This document shows positions 38,073 through 48,242 of a stretch of DNA of 64,000 nucleotides, in pieces. The position numbers and the translations under genes were made by a program. Each line of letters starts with the position of its first letter. The first letter of the stretch is position 1. The DNA comes from Alphaproteobacteria bacterium (GTDB lineage: Bacteria; Pseudomonadota; Alphaproteobacteria; UBA6615), in NCBI GenBank assembly GCA_028279245.1, contig JANQOE010000040.1, positions 4,121 to 68,120 on the forward strand, read 5' to 3'. The notes beneath the pieces were generated by a model, which did no database searches, had not been told where the DNA came from, and saw only the letters and a list, made by a program, of their open reading frames with translations.

Positions 38073-38837
38073 GTGACTGGAGAGCCAGCTATGGGGGTGG
38101 CGAGCACTTCTCTCGTGGAGGCACGAACCGAATCATCCGATGATACACACTCCCATCGGATCGCAACGATCGTCATTGGCCGAGACCGTGTTCTTTGGGA
38201 AGGTCTACGCAGTCTCCTGCCGGCATCCGAATTTGACGTCATCTGCGCCGTGGAAGATGTAGCGCGATTCTCCACGACAAAAGTCACGACCGCCCCGGCT
38301 GACCTAATCCTACGAGACCTTTCCACGGGTGCGACAGATCTGAAATCAGAACTCCAACACCTGCGGTCGATCATGCCGGATGTGCATGTCGTCGCGATTA
38401 CTGAGCGGTTCGACCCAACACTTCTATCAGAGTGCGTTGCTGCAGGTGTTCAAGGCCTCCTAAAAAAAGACATCACAGCAGACGTACTTGCTCGTTCGCT
38501 ACGCATGGTAATGCTCGGCGAGAAGGTCTTTCCGACGCGTCTGACCGGACTGCTCGTCAGCGGAAAGGTCGAAGCACGGTCGCCGGTCAGCATGCCGGAC
38601 GCCAATCCTCGCAAGCTTTCGAAACGGGAAATGCAAATCGCCCACCTCGTAGCGCGCGGTGAATCGAACAAAATGATTGCGAGTCGGCTGGTTATCTCTG
38701 AATCCACGGTTAAGGGTCACATGAACAATCTACTGCGCAAGACCAACGCCTCAAATCGAACCCAAGCGGCCATTTGGGCGATCCGGGAGAGTGGCGTTGA
38801 ACCAACGCCTCAAATCCCGCATAGCCGGCGTCGATGA
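38073..38837 (+). CDS. LuxR/FixJ-type response regulator with atypical receiver domain
   Basis: C-terminal KLSKREMQIAHLVARGESNKMIASRLVISESTVKGHMNNLLRK is the GerE/LuxR HTH. Receiver keeps the phospho-Asp (LILRDLS), Thr and Lys, but the N-terminal acidic pair is RD (IGRDRV) rather than DD. Confidence 0.75.
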   Translation: MTGEPAMGVASTSLVEARTESSDDTHSHRIATIVIGRDRVLWEGLRSLLPASEFDVICAVEDVARFSTTKVTTAPADLILRDLSTGATDLKSELQHLRSIMPDVHVVAITERFDPTLLSECVAAGVQGLLKKDITADVLARSLRMVMLGEKVFPTRLTGLLVSGKVEARSPVSMPDANPRKLSKREMQIAHLVARGESNKMIASRLVISESTVKGHMNNLLRKTNASNRTQAAIWAIRESGVEPTPQIPHSRRR

Positions 38838-40221
38838 CACGCCAGTGGGCACCGTCAAAGGCAACAAGAAACGCAAGCGTCGTCTACTCGTCGTTGGCCT
38901 AGCAGCCTTCGGCCTAGCTGTAGCCGCGACCGCACTACCAGCCTACAATCTCGCGCGCGATACCTATGATCGAATCACTGTTGAGTCCGAACTCGGCACT
39001 TGGCGCCCCCTAGCCGACCAGGGCGACGCGCGGGCACAAAAGAACCTCGGACTAATCTACGCCCGCAAGAGCCCACTCCAGGACGAGGTCGAAGCAGCGA
39101 GTTGGTTTCGCCGGGCGGCGGAACAAGGAGACCCAACAGCACAAAAGAACCTGGCAAGCATGTACAGGGATGGGCGCGGTGTCGGCCAATCGGACGAACT
39201 TGCGGCACAATGGTACCTCAGCGCCGCAGAACAGGGTGACCGCACAGCACAGAAGAACATCGGCCGGATGTATGCCGACGGCGTTGGTATTGAGGCAAAC
39301 GACACCGAAGCCGCACGATGGCTGACCATGGCAGCCGAACAGGGAGATCTCGGCGCGCGGAACATGCTGGCCGGCCTCTATAGCAACGGCAGTGCAAATG
39401 CTGACAAGCTGATCGAAGCGGCCGCGCTCTACACATCAGCAGCAGAAGCGGGCGACCCCGAAGCCCAACACAACCTCGGGAGCATGTACCGCGACGGCCG
39501 AGGCGTCGCGCAGGACTACGCAAAAGCCCTCAGCTTGTACCAGTCAGCGGCGGAGCAAGGCCACCTCGGTGCAAAAGCAAACCTAGGCGGGATGTATCGC
39601 GATGGAAAAGGCATCGCGCCGGACGATGCAGCCGCCATCAAATGGTTCCGAGACGCCGCAGAACAGGGCCACGCAAACGCCCAGAGCAACTTGGCAACAA
39701 TGATTCGGGTCGGTCGAGGCACAGACATCGACTACAACGCGGCTATCGAGTGGTACACCCTGGCGTCAGCACAGGATCACGCCGGTGCCATGAACAGCCT
39801 CGGCAACATGCACAGGGACGGAACCGGCGTCACCCAAGATTACGAGAAAGCCATCGAATGGTATAGCCGAGCGGCGGCTCTCGGTCACACCGGCGCACAA
39901 AACAACCTAGGCAGTATGTATCGCGAAGGTGACGGCGTGACGCGCGATCTGGCCACGGCCGCAAACTGGTACGAACAGGCTGCGCGGCTTGGCAACGCAA
40001 AAGCCCAAAGCAACCTCGGCGATATGTACCGCGATGGCTTAGGTGTCAGGCAGAATTTCATTGAAGCCTACGTATGGCTGGGTCTGGCTGCGGAACAGGG
40101 ACTGGAGGAGGCGATCGTCGATTTAGAGCGCATCACAACCCTGATCGGACCAGTTCAGTTGGCTCGGGCCAAAGACCGTCTGCGTGAAGCCAAGACGACG
40201 CCTCCCGTTACTGCAGACTAG
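38791..40221 (+). CDS. Sel1-repeat protein with N-terminal membrane anchor (AlgK-sized, about 10 repeats)
   Basis: KKRKRRLLVVGLAAFGLAVAATALPA signal-anchor, then repeated …AQKNLG.MYRDGRGV.QD…AA.WY..AAEQGD… units. 476 aa. Start may be internal, as it overlaps the regulator by 47 bp. Confidence 0.75.
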   Translation: MALNQRLKSRIAGVDDTPVGTVKGNKKRKRRLLVVGLAAFGLAVAATALPAYNLARDTYDRITVESELGTWRPLADQGDARAQKNLGLIYARKSPLQDEVEAASWFRRAAEQGDPTAQKNLASMYRDGRGVGQSDELAAQWYLSAAEQGDRTAQKNIGRMYADGVGIEANDTEAARWLTMAAEQGDLGARNMLAGLYSNGSANADKLIEAAALYTSAAEAGDPEAQHNLGSMYRDGRGVAQDYAKALSLYQSAAEQGHLGAKANLGGMYRDGKGIAPDDAAAIKWFRDAAEQGHANAQSNLATMIRVGRGTDIDYNAAIEWYTLASAQDHAGAMNSLGNMHRDGTGVTQDYEKAIEWYSRAAALGHTGAQNNLGSMYREGDGVTRDLATAANWYEQAARLGNAKAQSNLGDMYRDGLGVRQNFIEAYVWLGLAAEQGLEEAIVDLERITTLIGPVQLARAKDRLREAKTTPPVTAD

Positions 40222-40514
40222 ATCGGTTCGCCACACCTCAAAGGAAACGCAACCACCGCGCCAGACGGTCAGCGCCATTTCAACGACCGCACCGTCCCGG
40301 TCAGCGTTCGTACCGATGGTTCCGAGAACGGTTGGTTGGACGGCATGCTCAACAGCAGCATCTCACCTGTCCGTCCCACGCCGCTACGACGAAGGCCGAA
40401 AGTCACCAATCGCGCCACGGAGAACGGTGACAGCCGCCGCGATTATCGAAGAGGTTGGTGCCGGGCACTACGTCGCGGCCTGATGCCGGTCAGGTGGTGC
40501 GTCGCCGGTCCACG

Positions 40515-42164
40515 TCAAATAAGGGGCTCCATCTTTCCAAGCAGCGTTTTGATGAGATTGACCTCGATCTGACGGGTCGACTCATTCACCTCTGGAAACG
40601 GACCCACCGAGTGGTAGTGCATATAGAAATCCTCATGAAGAAAGGAAATCGGCTCCTTTCCGTGCCCAAGATCAAAACAATCGGTCAGGCGGAACAGCCT
40701 AAACTCATTTAACAATCCGCGAGGAAGAACATAGGAGAGCGTCGCCCTGATGCCTCCCAGAAACGGAGGGTGCTGCTTCTTTCCAACCGTCCAACTGTTG
40801 CGGGGATGCATGTCCCTTTCGATGTCCTGTTCGACAGCTCCTGCCACGGCCTCATCGCGGATGATGAGGGCCGTCTCGGTGTTCAGGTTAAAGGAACGCG
40901 GGTCCAGGTTGAACGACCCAATCCAAACCGAATGGTGATCCGCAACGAACGTTTTCGCGTGCACGCACGCCTGGAGGGTCGGCGTTTCGACCAAGCCCGG
41001 CGCTCCCTCCTCGCGATCTTCGGAAAGCCGCGCGCCAAATCGTGGCATGATTTGCATGATATCGCCGGGCTGGGGTTTGAGCTCAAATATCCTGATGCGC
41101 CATTTGTGAACATACCGCCGCTTCTTTCCGCATGCGAACGCGTACGCCAAGACGTTGTCGGTGCTCGCCAAGCTGTTTGTTGAAACGGAGATGTCGAGTG
41201 GCGGGTTACGGCGCCGCAACTTCCTGATCACCGAGTCAGGACGCTTGCCCAGGACGAAGTAAGGCGTTTGCAGCAGAATGGACTCGTGTGCTTGGGACAG
41301 AAACTCAATCAGTTTCTTTGACGTAACACTCCCGCGTCCAAAGCCGGATAGCTTGTTCTTTCCGGGAGGGTCAGCAACGAATTCAACATCCGGCACATCG
41401 AATATATGATCCGTGAGACGGCGTCGCACCAACTCAACGTCCGCGAGTTCGGAATCCAGATCGTCGAAGGAACCTTCGATATCGAAGCTCTCTCGCGTCT
41501 CGAAGCGAGGGTAACTGCTGCGTTCGACATAGGGCCGCACATCGACGAGGTCTTCAGCTGGAACAGAGAATGAGGAGGTCCAATAGTCGTCGAACGATTG
41601 ACTCATCTCTGAGACAGCTGGCCCCAGCACGAGGACATCCCGATCCTTGAAGTTCCGAACCGTCCCACGGTCGTAATAGTCGTTCTGGTAGTTCCGGCCT
41701 CCGGTAATGCCGACGCACCCGTCCATGAGGAACAACTTGTTGTGCATCCGCTGATTCACTTGCTTGAAGTTGCCCAGCATGGCTCGGGCGAGACCCCAAG
41801 TGGACGGACGGAGGTAATTCGCGCTTGCATTATAGAACTTAACTTCCAGGTTGGGGTGAGCGATCGCATCGAATGCGACCAGCCTCGGCTCGGCATCGAA
41901 CGGCCACGCATCGATCAGAACTTTGACCTCGACGCCGCGTTTCGCTGCTTGATGAAGCTCGTAGGCCAGGTACCGGCCCGTCTCATCGTCCTTCCAGATA
42001 AACGTCTGAATGAAAATGGAGGCCCGCGCCGCTCGGATGAGATGAGCCCTGACGAACAGAGCATCCTCGCCGAGGTTCAGCAAACGAATAAAATGCGTGC
42101 TCCGAGAAAGGGCTTGACCGGCCAGCGAGTGGATTGGCGAGGGTGTCGTTCCAGAGAACGTCAT
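40515..42164 (-). CDS. Phospholipase D / cardiolipin-synthase-family protein (two HKD motifs)
   Basis: First HKD RMHNKLFLMDGCVGITGGRN and second VHAKTFVADHHSVWIGSFNLDPRS (H-x-K-x4-D…GS-N). 549 aa. Confidence 0.8.
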   Translation of the reverse strand: MTFSGTTPSPIHSLAGQALSRSTHFIRLLNLGEDALFVRAHLIRAARASIFIQTFIWKDDETGRYLAYELHQAAKRGVEVKVLIDAWPFDAEPRLVAFDAIAHPNLEVKFYNASANYLRPSTWGLARAMLGNFKQVNQRMHNKLFLMDGCVGITGGRNYQNDYYDRGTVRNFKDRDVLVLGPAVSEMSQSFDDYWTSSFSVPAEDLVDVRPYVERSSYPRFETRESFDIEGSFDDLDSELADVELVRRRLTDHIFDVPDVEFVADPPGKNKLSGFGRGSVTSKKLIEFLSQAHESILLQTPYFVLGKRPDSVIRKLRRRNPPLDISVSTNSLASTDNVLAYAFACGKKRRYVHKWRIRIFELKPQPGDIMQIMPRFGARLSEDREEGAPGLVETPTLQACVHAKTFVADHHSVWIGSFNLDPRSFNLNTETALIIRDEAVAGAVEQDIERDMHPRNSWTVGKKQHPPFLGGIRATLSYVLPRGLLNEFRLFRLTDCFDLGHGKEPISFLHEDFYMHYHSVGPFPEVNESTRQIEVNLIKTLLGKMEPLI

Positions 42165-42241
42165 CGTTTCAGCATGGCCGGCACAGATCGATCATGTTGA
42201 CACGAAAAAGGGCCCTGAGAGAGGCCAAGTCATTGAAAGAC

Positions 42242-42318
<77 letters not shown>

Positions 42319-42330
42319 CCCGAATATCTG

Positions 42331-42636
42331 CTAGTGGCTCCACGGCACACGCCGGCTGTAGGCGAAGTTATCGGCGTAGGCCTTCGGTCTCATCGTCCGC
42401 TCTTGCGGCTGCTTCACCGAATAATCGAGTTCGTGGCGTTTGGCGAAGGTGATCGCCTCGGCCTCCGTCCCGAACTTCAGCCGCACCTGTCCCTGCGTAT
42501 CCCCATGCCCAGCCCAGCCCATCACCGGGTCGAGCCGCATCCGCGCCGTCGGCTCGAACTCCAACACCCATTCCCGGGTCTTGGCCCGCCCCGATTGCAT
42601 GGCCGTTTTGGCCGGCTGATAGATCCGCGCCCGCAT
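42331..42636 (-). CDS. ETC complex I subunit conserved-region protein (NDUFS4-like)
   Basis: MRARIYQPAKTAMQSGRAKTREWVLEFEP… matches the alphaproteobacterial NADH-ubiquinone-oxidoreductase-related (NDUFS4/18-kDa-subunit homolog) family. I chose the internal Met at 42636; the ORF extends to 42696. Confidence 0.7.
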   Translation of the reverse strand: MRARIYQPAKTAMQSGRAKTREWVLEFEPTARMRLDPVMGWAGHGDTQGQVRLKFGTEAEAITFAKRHELDYSVKQPQERTMRPKAYADNFAYSRRVPWSH

Positions 42637-42715
42637 ACCAGTCTCCTCGCGAGGGTTGCGACCCCTATAGAACCAGATGCCGCGCCGCGCAAGCACTGCC
42701 CCAGCCCGCCGGCTT

Positions 42716-43126
42716 CTAGCTCTCTCGCCGTCCCATCCGCTCGATCTGCTTCAGCCGGCTCTCCACAGTGGCCAACAACAGCTCGTAGTCGATCGGCTTG
42801 GTAATATAGTCGTCCGCCCCGAGCTGCCGCCCGGCGATCACGTCCCGGCGGTCCGCCAGTGCGGACAGGAAGATGATCGGCACATCGGCCAGTTCCGGGT
42901 GTTTGTCATGCACCTCGGCGATGAATTCGAAGCCGTTCATCTCCGGCATCGTAATGTCGCACAACACCAGGTCCGGCCGGCTGTCGAGCAATACCTTCAG
43001 CCCCTCGCGCCCGTTCTCCGCCTCCAATGTCTGGTGCCCCGCATCTTGCAGGGTTTCGACCACATCCTCGCGGATGGCCACCTCATCCTCGATACAGAGT
43101 ATCCAAGCCACACTGCCCCCTTGCAC
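42716..43126 (-). CDS. Single-domain response regulator (CheY-like receiver)
   Basis: ILCIEDE…LVLCDITMPEMNG…IIFLSA…ADDYITKP has all receiver hallmarks. Sits directly downstream of a histidine kinase gene. Confidence 0.85.
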   Translation of the reverse strand: MQGGSVAWILCIEDEVAIREDVVETLQDAGHQTLEAENGREGLKVLLDSRPDLVLCDITMPEMNGFEFIAEVHDKHPELADVPIIFLSALADRRDVIAGRQLGADDYITKPIDYELLLATVESRLKQIERMGRRES

Positions 43127-43218
43127 CTACCTCTTCGCCCTCAACAGGACGGCCCCCAACATCCGGCGCCCGGACCCCTTCGCGCCCCGATCCCAGAGCG
43201 TTTGACGAAGTGCCGCCT

Positions 43219-45021
43219 CTACCGGTCCTGCTCACCGGCGACTTTGCCGCCTGCCTCCCCCATGTACTCGAGTGGCAGCCGCACCAGAAAGGTCGATCCC
43301 TCGCCCTCGATACTGCTGGCCGTGATCGAACCGCCGTGCAGTTCGACCAGCGACTTCGACACATGCAGGCCGATCCCCGTCCCAGCGGTGCCGGTCGATG
43401 TCGTCGCTCGAAAAAACTTCTCGAACACCCGCGGCAGTTCCACCGTCGGTATGCCCACGCCAGAGTCGCGCACCGCGACAACCGCCTCATCGTCCTCCAC
43501 CCAAAGCCGCACCTGCACGGGGCTGCCCTTGGCGGAGTATTTGACGGCGTTCGACAGTAGGTTCGTAAAGACCTGATCCAGCATGTTTTGATCGGCGGCG
43601 ATATCCAGCTCTTCATCGCCGACATGCACTTCGATGCTGTGCTCCGGCGCGATGTCTTGCTGCCGGCCGCACACATCAACGATCAGGTCGGAGAAACAGA
43701 ATGTCCGCGGTGTCACGCTGATACGTCCCCGCTCGAGCCTGGAGGAACTGAGCGTGCTCTCGATCAGCCCGGTCATCCGCGCCACGGCATCCCGGATCTT
43801 GCTGAGCCGCTTCTGCAGATAGTCCGGCGTCATCTTGTCCATGCGCGCCGCAATGCGCTGCGCCGAACTGTCGATGATCGTCAGCGGCGTGCGGAACTCA
43901 TGCGACGCCATCGTCACGAAGTCGCGGTGCAGCGCGCTGTATTCCTTCTCCTTGACCAGCGCCTGCTCCAGTTCCTGCGTCCGCTCCTTGACCGTGTCTT
44001 CGAGCTGGTCACGGTGCGCCGCCAACTCGCGGCTCTTTTCGGTGAGGTCGGCATTCGCCTGTTTCAGCGCCTTGCCGCGGGCCTCCGCTTCCTCCTTGGC
44101 GGCGAGCAACTGGCGCTCCGCCAGTTTGCGGGCCGTGATGTCCTCATAGGTCGCGACCGATCCGCCGTCTTCCATCGGCTCGTGCATCACCCCAATGACC
44201 CGGCCGTCGCTCAGACTCTGCTCAAGTACGGACCGCTGCCGCATCGCCGCATGGCTGGGCCGGGCGGCAATCGCCCGCTCCGCTTCCGCCTCGCTATAGT
44301 TTCCGAGCGAGACGCTGTACTTCATGATCTCGCGCAGCGTGATCCCGGGTTTCACAACATCGGCGGAAAACCCATACATCTCCAGATAGCGCCCGTTGCA
44401 CACGATCAGCCGCTGCTCGGAATCAAACATGCAAAGACCCTGGACCATGTTGTTAAGCGCCGTGTCGAACTGCACGTTGCGCCGTCGCAGTTGTTGCGAC
44501 ATCTCCAGAATGTGCGTCTCACGCGCCTTCAGTTCCGTGATGTCGGACCGTATGCCGACGATCCCGCCATCCTCGGTCCGCTGTTCATGGACCCGCATCC
44601 AGCGGCCGTTCGAGAGCTGAACGTCATACGGCGCGTCGGGATGCCGGTGCTGCCGCACCCGCCATTCAAAGAACTCATCCGCCGACCGGGACCCCATCTC
44701 GAAACCGCCCCTGGCGATCCCAATGCGGAGCATTTCCGCAAACGAAGCACCCGGCGTTATCAGGTCGGCAATGTGAGGGTTATATTCGACATACTTGGTG
44801 TTGTAGATAACCAAACGGTCGTCGGCATCGTACAAACAAAACGCATCGGCCATGGCACCAAGCGCCTGGCCCAACTGCTGTTGCGCCCGCTTTGTCTGGA
44901 TCACGCTCTCCGCCGTAGAAGCGCCGCCGAAATCGTTCACCGCAACCCCGTCCGGGAGGCCCATCGCCTCCGCAATCGTGGAAATGCCCAACCCGCAGGT
45001 AGGAATGCTGGAGAAACGCAC
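43219..45021 (-). CDS. PAS-domain sensor histidine kinase
   Basis: At least two PAS-like segments, HisKA H-box (MASHEFRTPL), N-box (LLSNAVKY), G-boxes (DSGVGIP, GTGIGL). Confidence 0.85.
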   Translation of the reverse strand: MRFSSIPTCGLGISTIAEAMGLPDGVAVNDFGGASTAESVIQTKRAQQQLGQALGAMADAFCLYDADDRLVIYNTKYVEYNPHIADLITPGASFAEMLRIGIARGGFEMGSRSADEFFEWRVRQHRHPDAPYDVQLSNGRWMRVHEQRTEDGGIVGIRSDITELKARETHILEMSQQLRRRNVQFDTALNNMVQGLCMFDSEQRLIVCNGRYLEMYGFSADVVKPGITLREIMKYSVSLGNYSEAEAERAIAARPSHAAMRQRSVLEQSLSDGRVIGVMHEPMEDGGSVATYEDITARKLAERQLLAAKEEAEARGKALKQANADLTEKSRELAAHRDQLEDTVKERTQELEQALVKEKEYSALHRDFVTMASHEFRTPLTIIDSSAQRIAARMDKMTPDYLQKRLSKIRDAVARMTGLIESTLSSSRLERGRISVTPRTFCFSDLIVDVCGRQQDIAPEHSIEVHVGDEELDIAADQNMLDQVFTNLLSNAVKYSAKGSPVQVRLWVEDDEAVVAVRDSGVGIPTVELPRVFEKFFRATTSTGTAGTGIGLHVSKSLVELHGGSITASSIEGEGSTFLVRLPLEYMGEAGGKVAGEQDR

Positions 45022-45317
45022 GACCCTATCTGCAGTAGCCGATACGTCATACTATCCTAGCGTGACGCAGTAAAACGAATGGCGCTTATTCTGGAACGAA
45101 TTGATTAGGTCGAGACTAACCGTACGCTGCGCAGAACAACCCGCCAGCGCCAATTCCAGCCAGCATGCAGGATTCCACTCCGTCGGCTCGTTCAACCTAA
45201 CCCTTTTGCGCGGACCGACAGGCAATGGCAAGACTTTTGACCCAGGATCTGTGACCCCAAAGTAGGGTCAACCCGTGGGCAACGCCCGCGCAGATCAAGA
45301 GTGGGCGAAGGGCGGCC

Positions 45318-47102
45318 TTACGCCCCCGAAAAGCCGCCGCGCTCCCTGTAGAAACCCTGCAGCACAGCAAACGCGGCCTTACGCGTGGCCTTGTCCGCGC
45401 CGATCAAGCCCTTCCGGTTCCATCCCTGTTGGAAGGCATTTTGCCGCCGCTCGGTCCGAAAGTCGTATAGCAGCCAGGGCGACAATCCACATAGCGCCGC
45501 GCAGCCCCGCAACAACTCGATCTGCCCGCGATAGACCGCGGCTTGGTATGCCTCGGAGAACAACTCGGTTTCCGACCCGTCCCACCCGGTCAAAGCACCG
45601 GCGCCCACTTCGGAAATGAACAGCGGCTTGTCCAAGTCATAGGCGGTGAGCGTTTGAGCCAGCCCATCCATATCCGGCTCGTACCAGCCGTAATACTCGT
45701 TGATGGCAACGATATCGATGACCGCCGCCAACCGGTCTTCCAGCCGGTAGTTCCCTTTGTTGATCAGGCAGGCGGCCGAGATCAGCCGGGTCGGATCATG
45801 CGCCCGCGCCGTCTCCGCCAGCTTCGTCTTGAACGCCAGCCGCGCATCCGTGTCGGCATTCTCGTTGCCGATCGACCAGACAACGACACTAGCCCGGTTC
45901 CGGTCCCGCTTGATCAGTTCGAGGAGTTGGTTTTCGGCGTCGGCCAGGGTCGCCGGATTGTCGAACGCCACCGCCCAATAGACCGGCAGTTCCTCCCACA
46001 ACAGGATCCCGGCTTCGTCCGCCAGCTGTGCCACCATTTCATGATGCGGGTAGTGGGTCAGCCGCAGGAAGTTGCACCCCAATTCCTTCGCCGTCGCCAG
46101 CATCCGCCGCGCATCCTCCTCGGTACGTACCCGGCCCAGCGCTTCATCATCTTCATGCACACAAATGCCGCACAGAAACACCGGCTCGCCGTTGAGTAGC
46201 ACCTGGGTTCCGTCGACCGTCACCTGCCGGAATCCGATCCGGTCCCGCACCTCGTCCGCACCGCACCGCGCCACGACATCGTACAGCTTGGGTGAATCCG
46301 GCGACCACAAGTCAGGCTGCGCCGGTATGCGCGCCGTGCCGGCACCGCCCCGCAAGGCAATGGTCGCCGAAACGGCCAGTTCGGGGATCTCGAACACCAA
46401 GATTTCCGCTGACCGGTCCGACAGCGTCACATCGACCTCGATCACCCCGGCATCATCGGGGGCCAACCGAACAAACAAGTCGCGGATGAAGACCGGCGGC
46501 AGCCGCAGCAGCGCGACGTCCCGGTGCACGCCACCATAGTTGAACCAATCGAAGTGCCGCATCGGCACCCGATCCAGCGTCCGCGTATTGTTCACACACA
46601 GTTGCAGCCGGTTCCGCGCCGCCAGCCCATCCGTCAGCTCGACGAAAATCGGCGTCGAACCGCCGAGATGATTGCCGAGGAACCGCCCGTTCAGGAACAC
46701 CTTGGTGTCGTAGTTCGCCGCGCCGATACGCAGCACCACCCGTTCCCCATCCACGCTTGGCGCATAGTCGAACCAGCGCGTGTACCAGACCGTGCCTTCA
46801 TAGTGCCGGAGTTCCGGCTCCTGCAGGTTCCAGCAGGCCGGCAGCTCCACCGGCGCCCCATGGTCCGGCTGGAAGTCCCACGGCATCCCGCGCTCGGCCG
46901 CCGGCACCGCCTCGTCCCGATACCAGTGTTGCCGCAGCCCGGTATCGAACGGATCGATGACGAACCGCCAGCCATCGTTCAGGCTTTCCGTCAGCCGCCC
47001 GCCCATGAACACCATCGACTGATGATCCAACGTCCGCGTGTCGAAGGGCGCGCCATAGTCTTCGTCATGCAGGAATCTGACGGTGTTGCTGGCTTCGGTC
47101 AT
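45318..47102 (-). CDS. Glycoside hydrolase family 2 (beta-glucuronidase/beta-galactosidase-like)
   Basis: LNDGWRF sugar-binding domain start, NYDTKVFLNGRFLGNH…GGSTPF, catalytic region VVVWSIGNENAD. I chose the Met at 47102, which forms an ATGA overlap with the upstream gene; the ORF extends to 47162. Confidence 0.8.
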   Translation of the reverse strand: MTEASNTVRFLHDEDYGAPFDTRTLDHQSMVFMGGRLTESLNDGWRFVIDPFDTGLRQHWYRDEAVPAAERGMPWDFQPDHGAPVELPACWNLQEPELRHYEGTVWYTRWFDYAPSVDGERVVLRIGAANYDTKVFLNGRFLGNHLGGSTPIFVELTDGLAARNRLQLCVNNTRTLDRVPMRHFDWFNYGGVHRDVALLRLPPVFIRDLFVRLAPDDAGVIEVDVTLSDRSAEILVFEIPELAVSATIALRGGAGTARIPAQPDLWSPDSPKLYDVVARCGADEVRDRIGFRQVTVDGTQVLLNGEPVFLCGICVHEDDEALGRVRTEEDARRMLATAKELGCNFLRLTHYPHHEMVAQLADEAGILLWEELPVYWAVAFDNPATLADAENQLLELIKRDRNRASVVVWSIGNENADTDARLAFKTKLAETARAHDPTRLISAACLINKGNYRLEDRLAAVIDIVAINEYYGWYEPDMDGLAQTLTAYDLDKPLFISEVGAGALTGWDGSETELFSEAYQAAVYRGQIELLRGCAALCGLSPWLLYDFRTERRQNAFQQGWNRKGLIGADKATRKAAFAVLQGFYRERGGFSGA

Positions 47103-48238
47103 TCCGGCGCGTACCCAATGCCGACCATCCGCCGGAATCCCCAGCGGCGCCAGTCGGGCCACAGCAACCGCGCAATGTGGGCGATGGTCAGCACCCGGAA
47201 CCAGGTCGCGAAGGTATTGCTGATCCCCTGTGGCTCTGCATAACCCCGCACCCAGCCGTCAAGCCGCAACGTGCCGTCCGTCGCGTCCCCAAAACCGCCA
47301 TCCTCATTCTGCCGCGCCAGGACCGCCTCCAACTTCCGCGCCAGCCACCCCTCGATATCCGCGCGGCGGTAATCGTCGAACCGGGTGAGCGCCGCCAGTA
47401 TGTCCACCGGATCCACATCCAGGCACGCCGTCGAAGCGGCGGGGTCGAGCGACAGGCAATAGTCGGTCATCACCCGCGCCCGCGGCACCGGTCGGCCAAG
47501 CCGGTAGTAGAGGTGCAGATTGTGCGTCGCGCCGGCCATGGCGTGCAGCCGCGCCTCATCGGTTGATGCCCCATCGACCCAGAACCCCGTCGCCGGGTCC
47601 TGCGTCGCATCATGCCAGTCGAGCATCCGTTCCAGCGCCGCGCCCGCCGCACCGGCCTCCGCCGCCGCGCCATGATCCCGCAGCAACAGCAGAAAGCTCG
47701 CCAAGTTGACGACACTGTTCCCTTCCTGCCAGGGCTCGCCCATGTCGCGGCTAGCCAGCCAACCGTCGAGTGTCTCGCTATCCAAATACGGCCGCACGAA
47801 GTCCAGCCGCAAAGGATCAAGCGCGTCGATCGCCTCCAACGCCCCCAACGTGTAGTTCGTCACGTGGAAATCGATGTACCGCCAAGTCTCGGCCTGGTCG
47901 CCATTCTTGTGGACGTCCTCGTCGTGCATCCCGGTGATCCGAAACACACCGTCGTCGCGCTGAAACCCGCGCAGAAACACGCCAAGCAACCGCCGCGCAT
48001 CGGCGTCGAGCCCATCCACCCCACCGGTCAGCGCCAAACAACACAGCGCGTTGTAGGTTCCCGGCAACAGCACCCCGGGCCACGCCATCGGGTCGTGCTG
48101 CGCGCTGAACCGGAAGATCCCCTTGGTGCGCCCCGGGGCCTGCATCGACCAGATCCAACGTTCCGCCCGGCCGACGGCACCCTCCACCGCGGCGGGCGAA
48201 ACGGCGCCACGCGCCAGAGGTTCGGCAGTCACTGTCAT
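47099..48238 (-). CDS. Hypothetical protein with prenyltransferase/terpene-cyclase-like alpha/alpha-toroid repeat (possible uncharacterised glycoside-acting enzyme)
   Basis: QNEDGGFGD and related Q-x-x-DG-x-W/F repeats typical of alpha/alpha-toroid folds. Co-operonic with GH2 and a sugar ABC transporter. Confidence 0.45.
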   Translation of the reverse strand: MTVTAEPLARGAVSPAAVEGAVGRAERWIWSMQAPGRTKGIFRFSAQHDPMAWPGVLLPGTYNALCCLALTGGVDGLDADARRLLGVFLRGFQRDDGVFRITGMHDEDVHKNGDQAETWRYIDFHVTNYTLGALEAIDALDPLRLDFVRPYLDSETLDGWLASRDMGEPWQEGNSVVNLASFLLLLRDHGAAAEAGAAGAALERMLDWHDATQDPATGFWVDGASTDEARLHAMAGATHNLHLYYRLGRPVPRARVMTDYCLSLDPAASTACLDVDPVDILAALTRFDDYRRADIEGWLARKLEAVLARQNEDGGFGDATDGTLRLDGWVRGYAEPQGISNTFATWFRVLTIAHIARLLWPDWRRWGFRRMVGIGYAPE

Positions 48239-48242
48239 CCCG

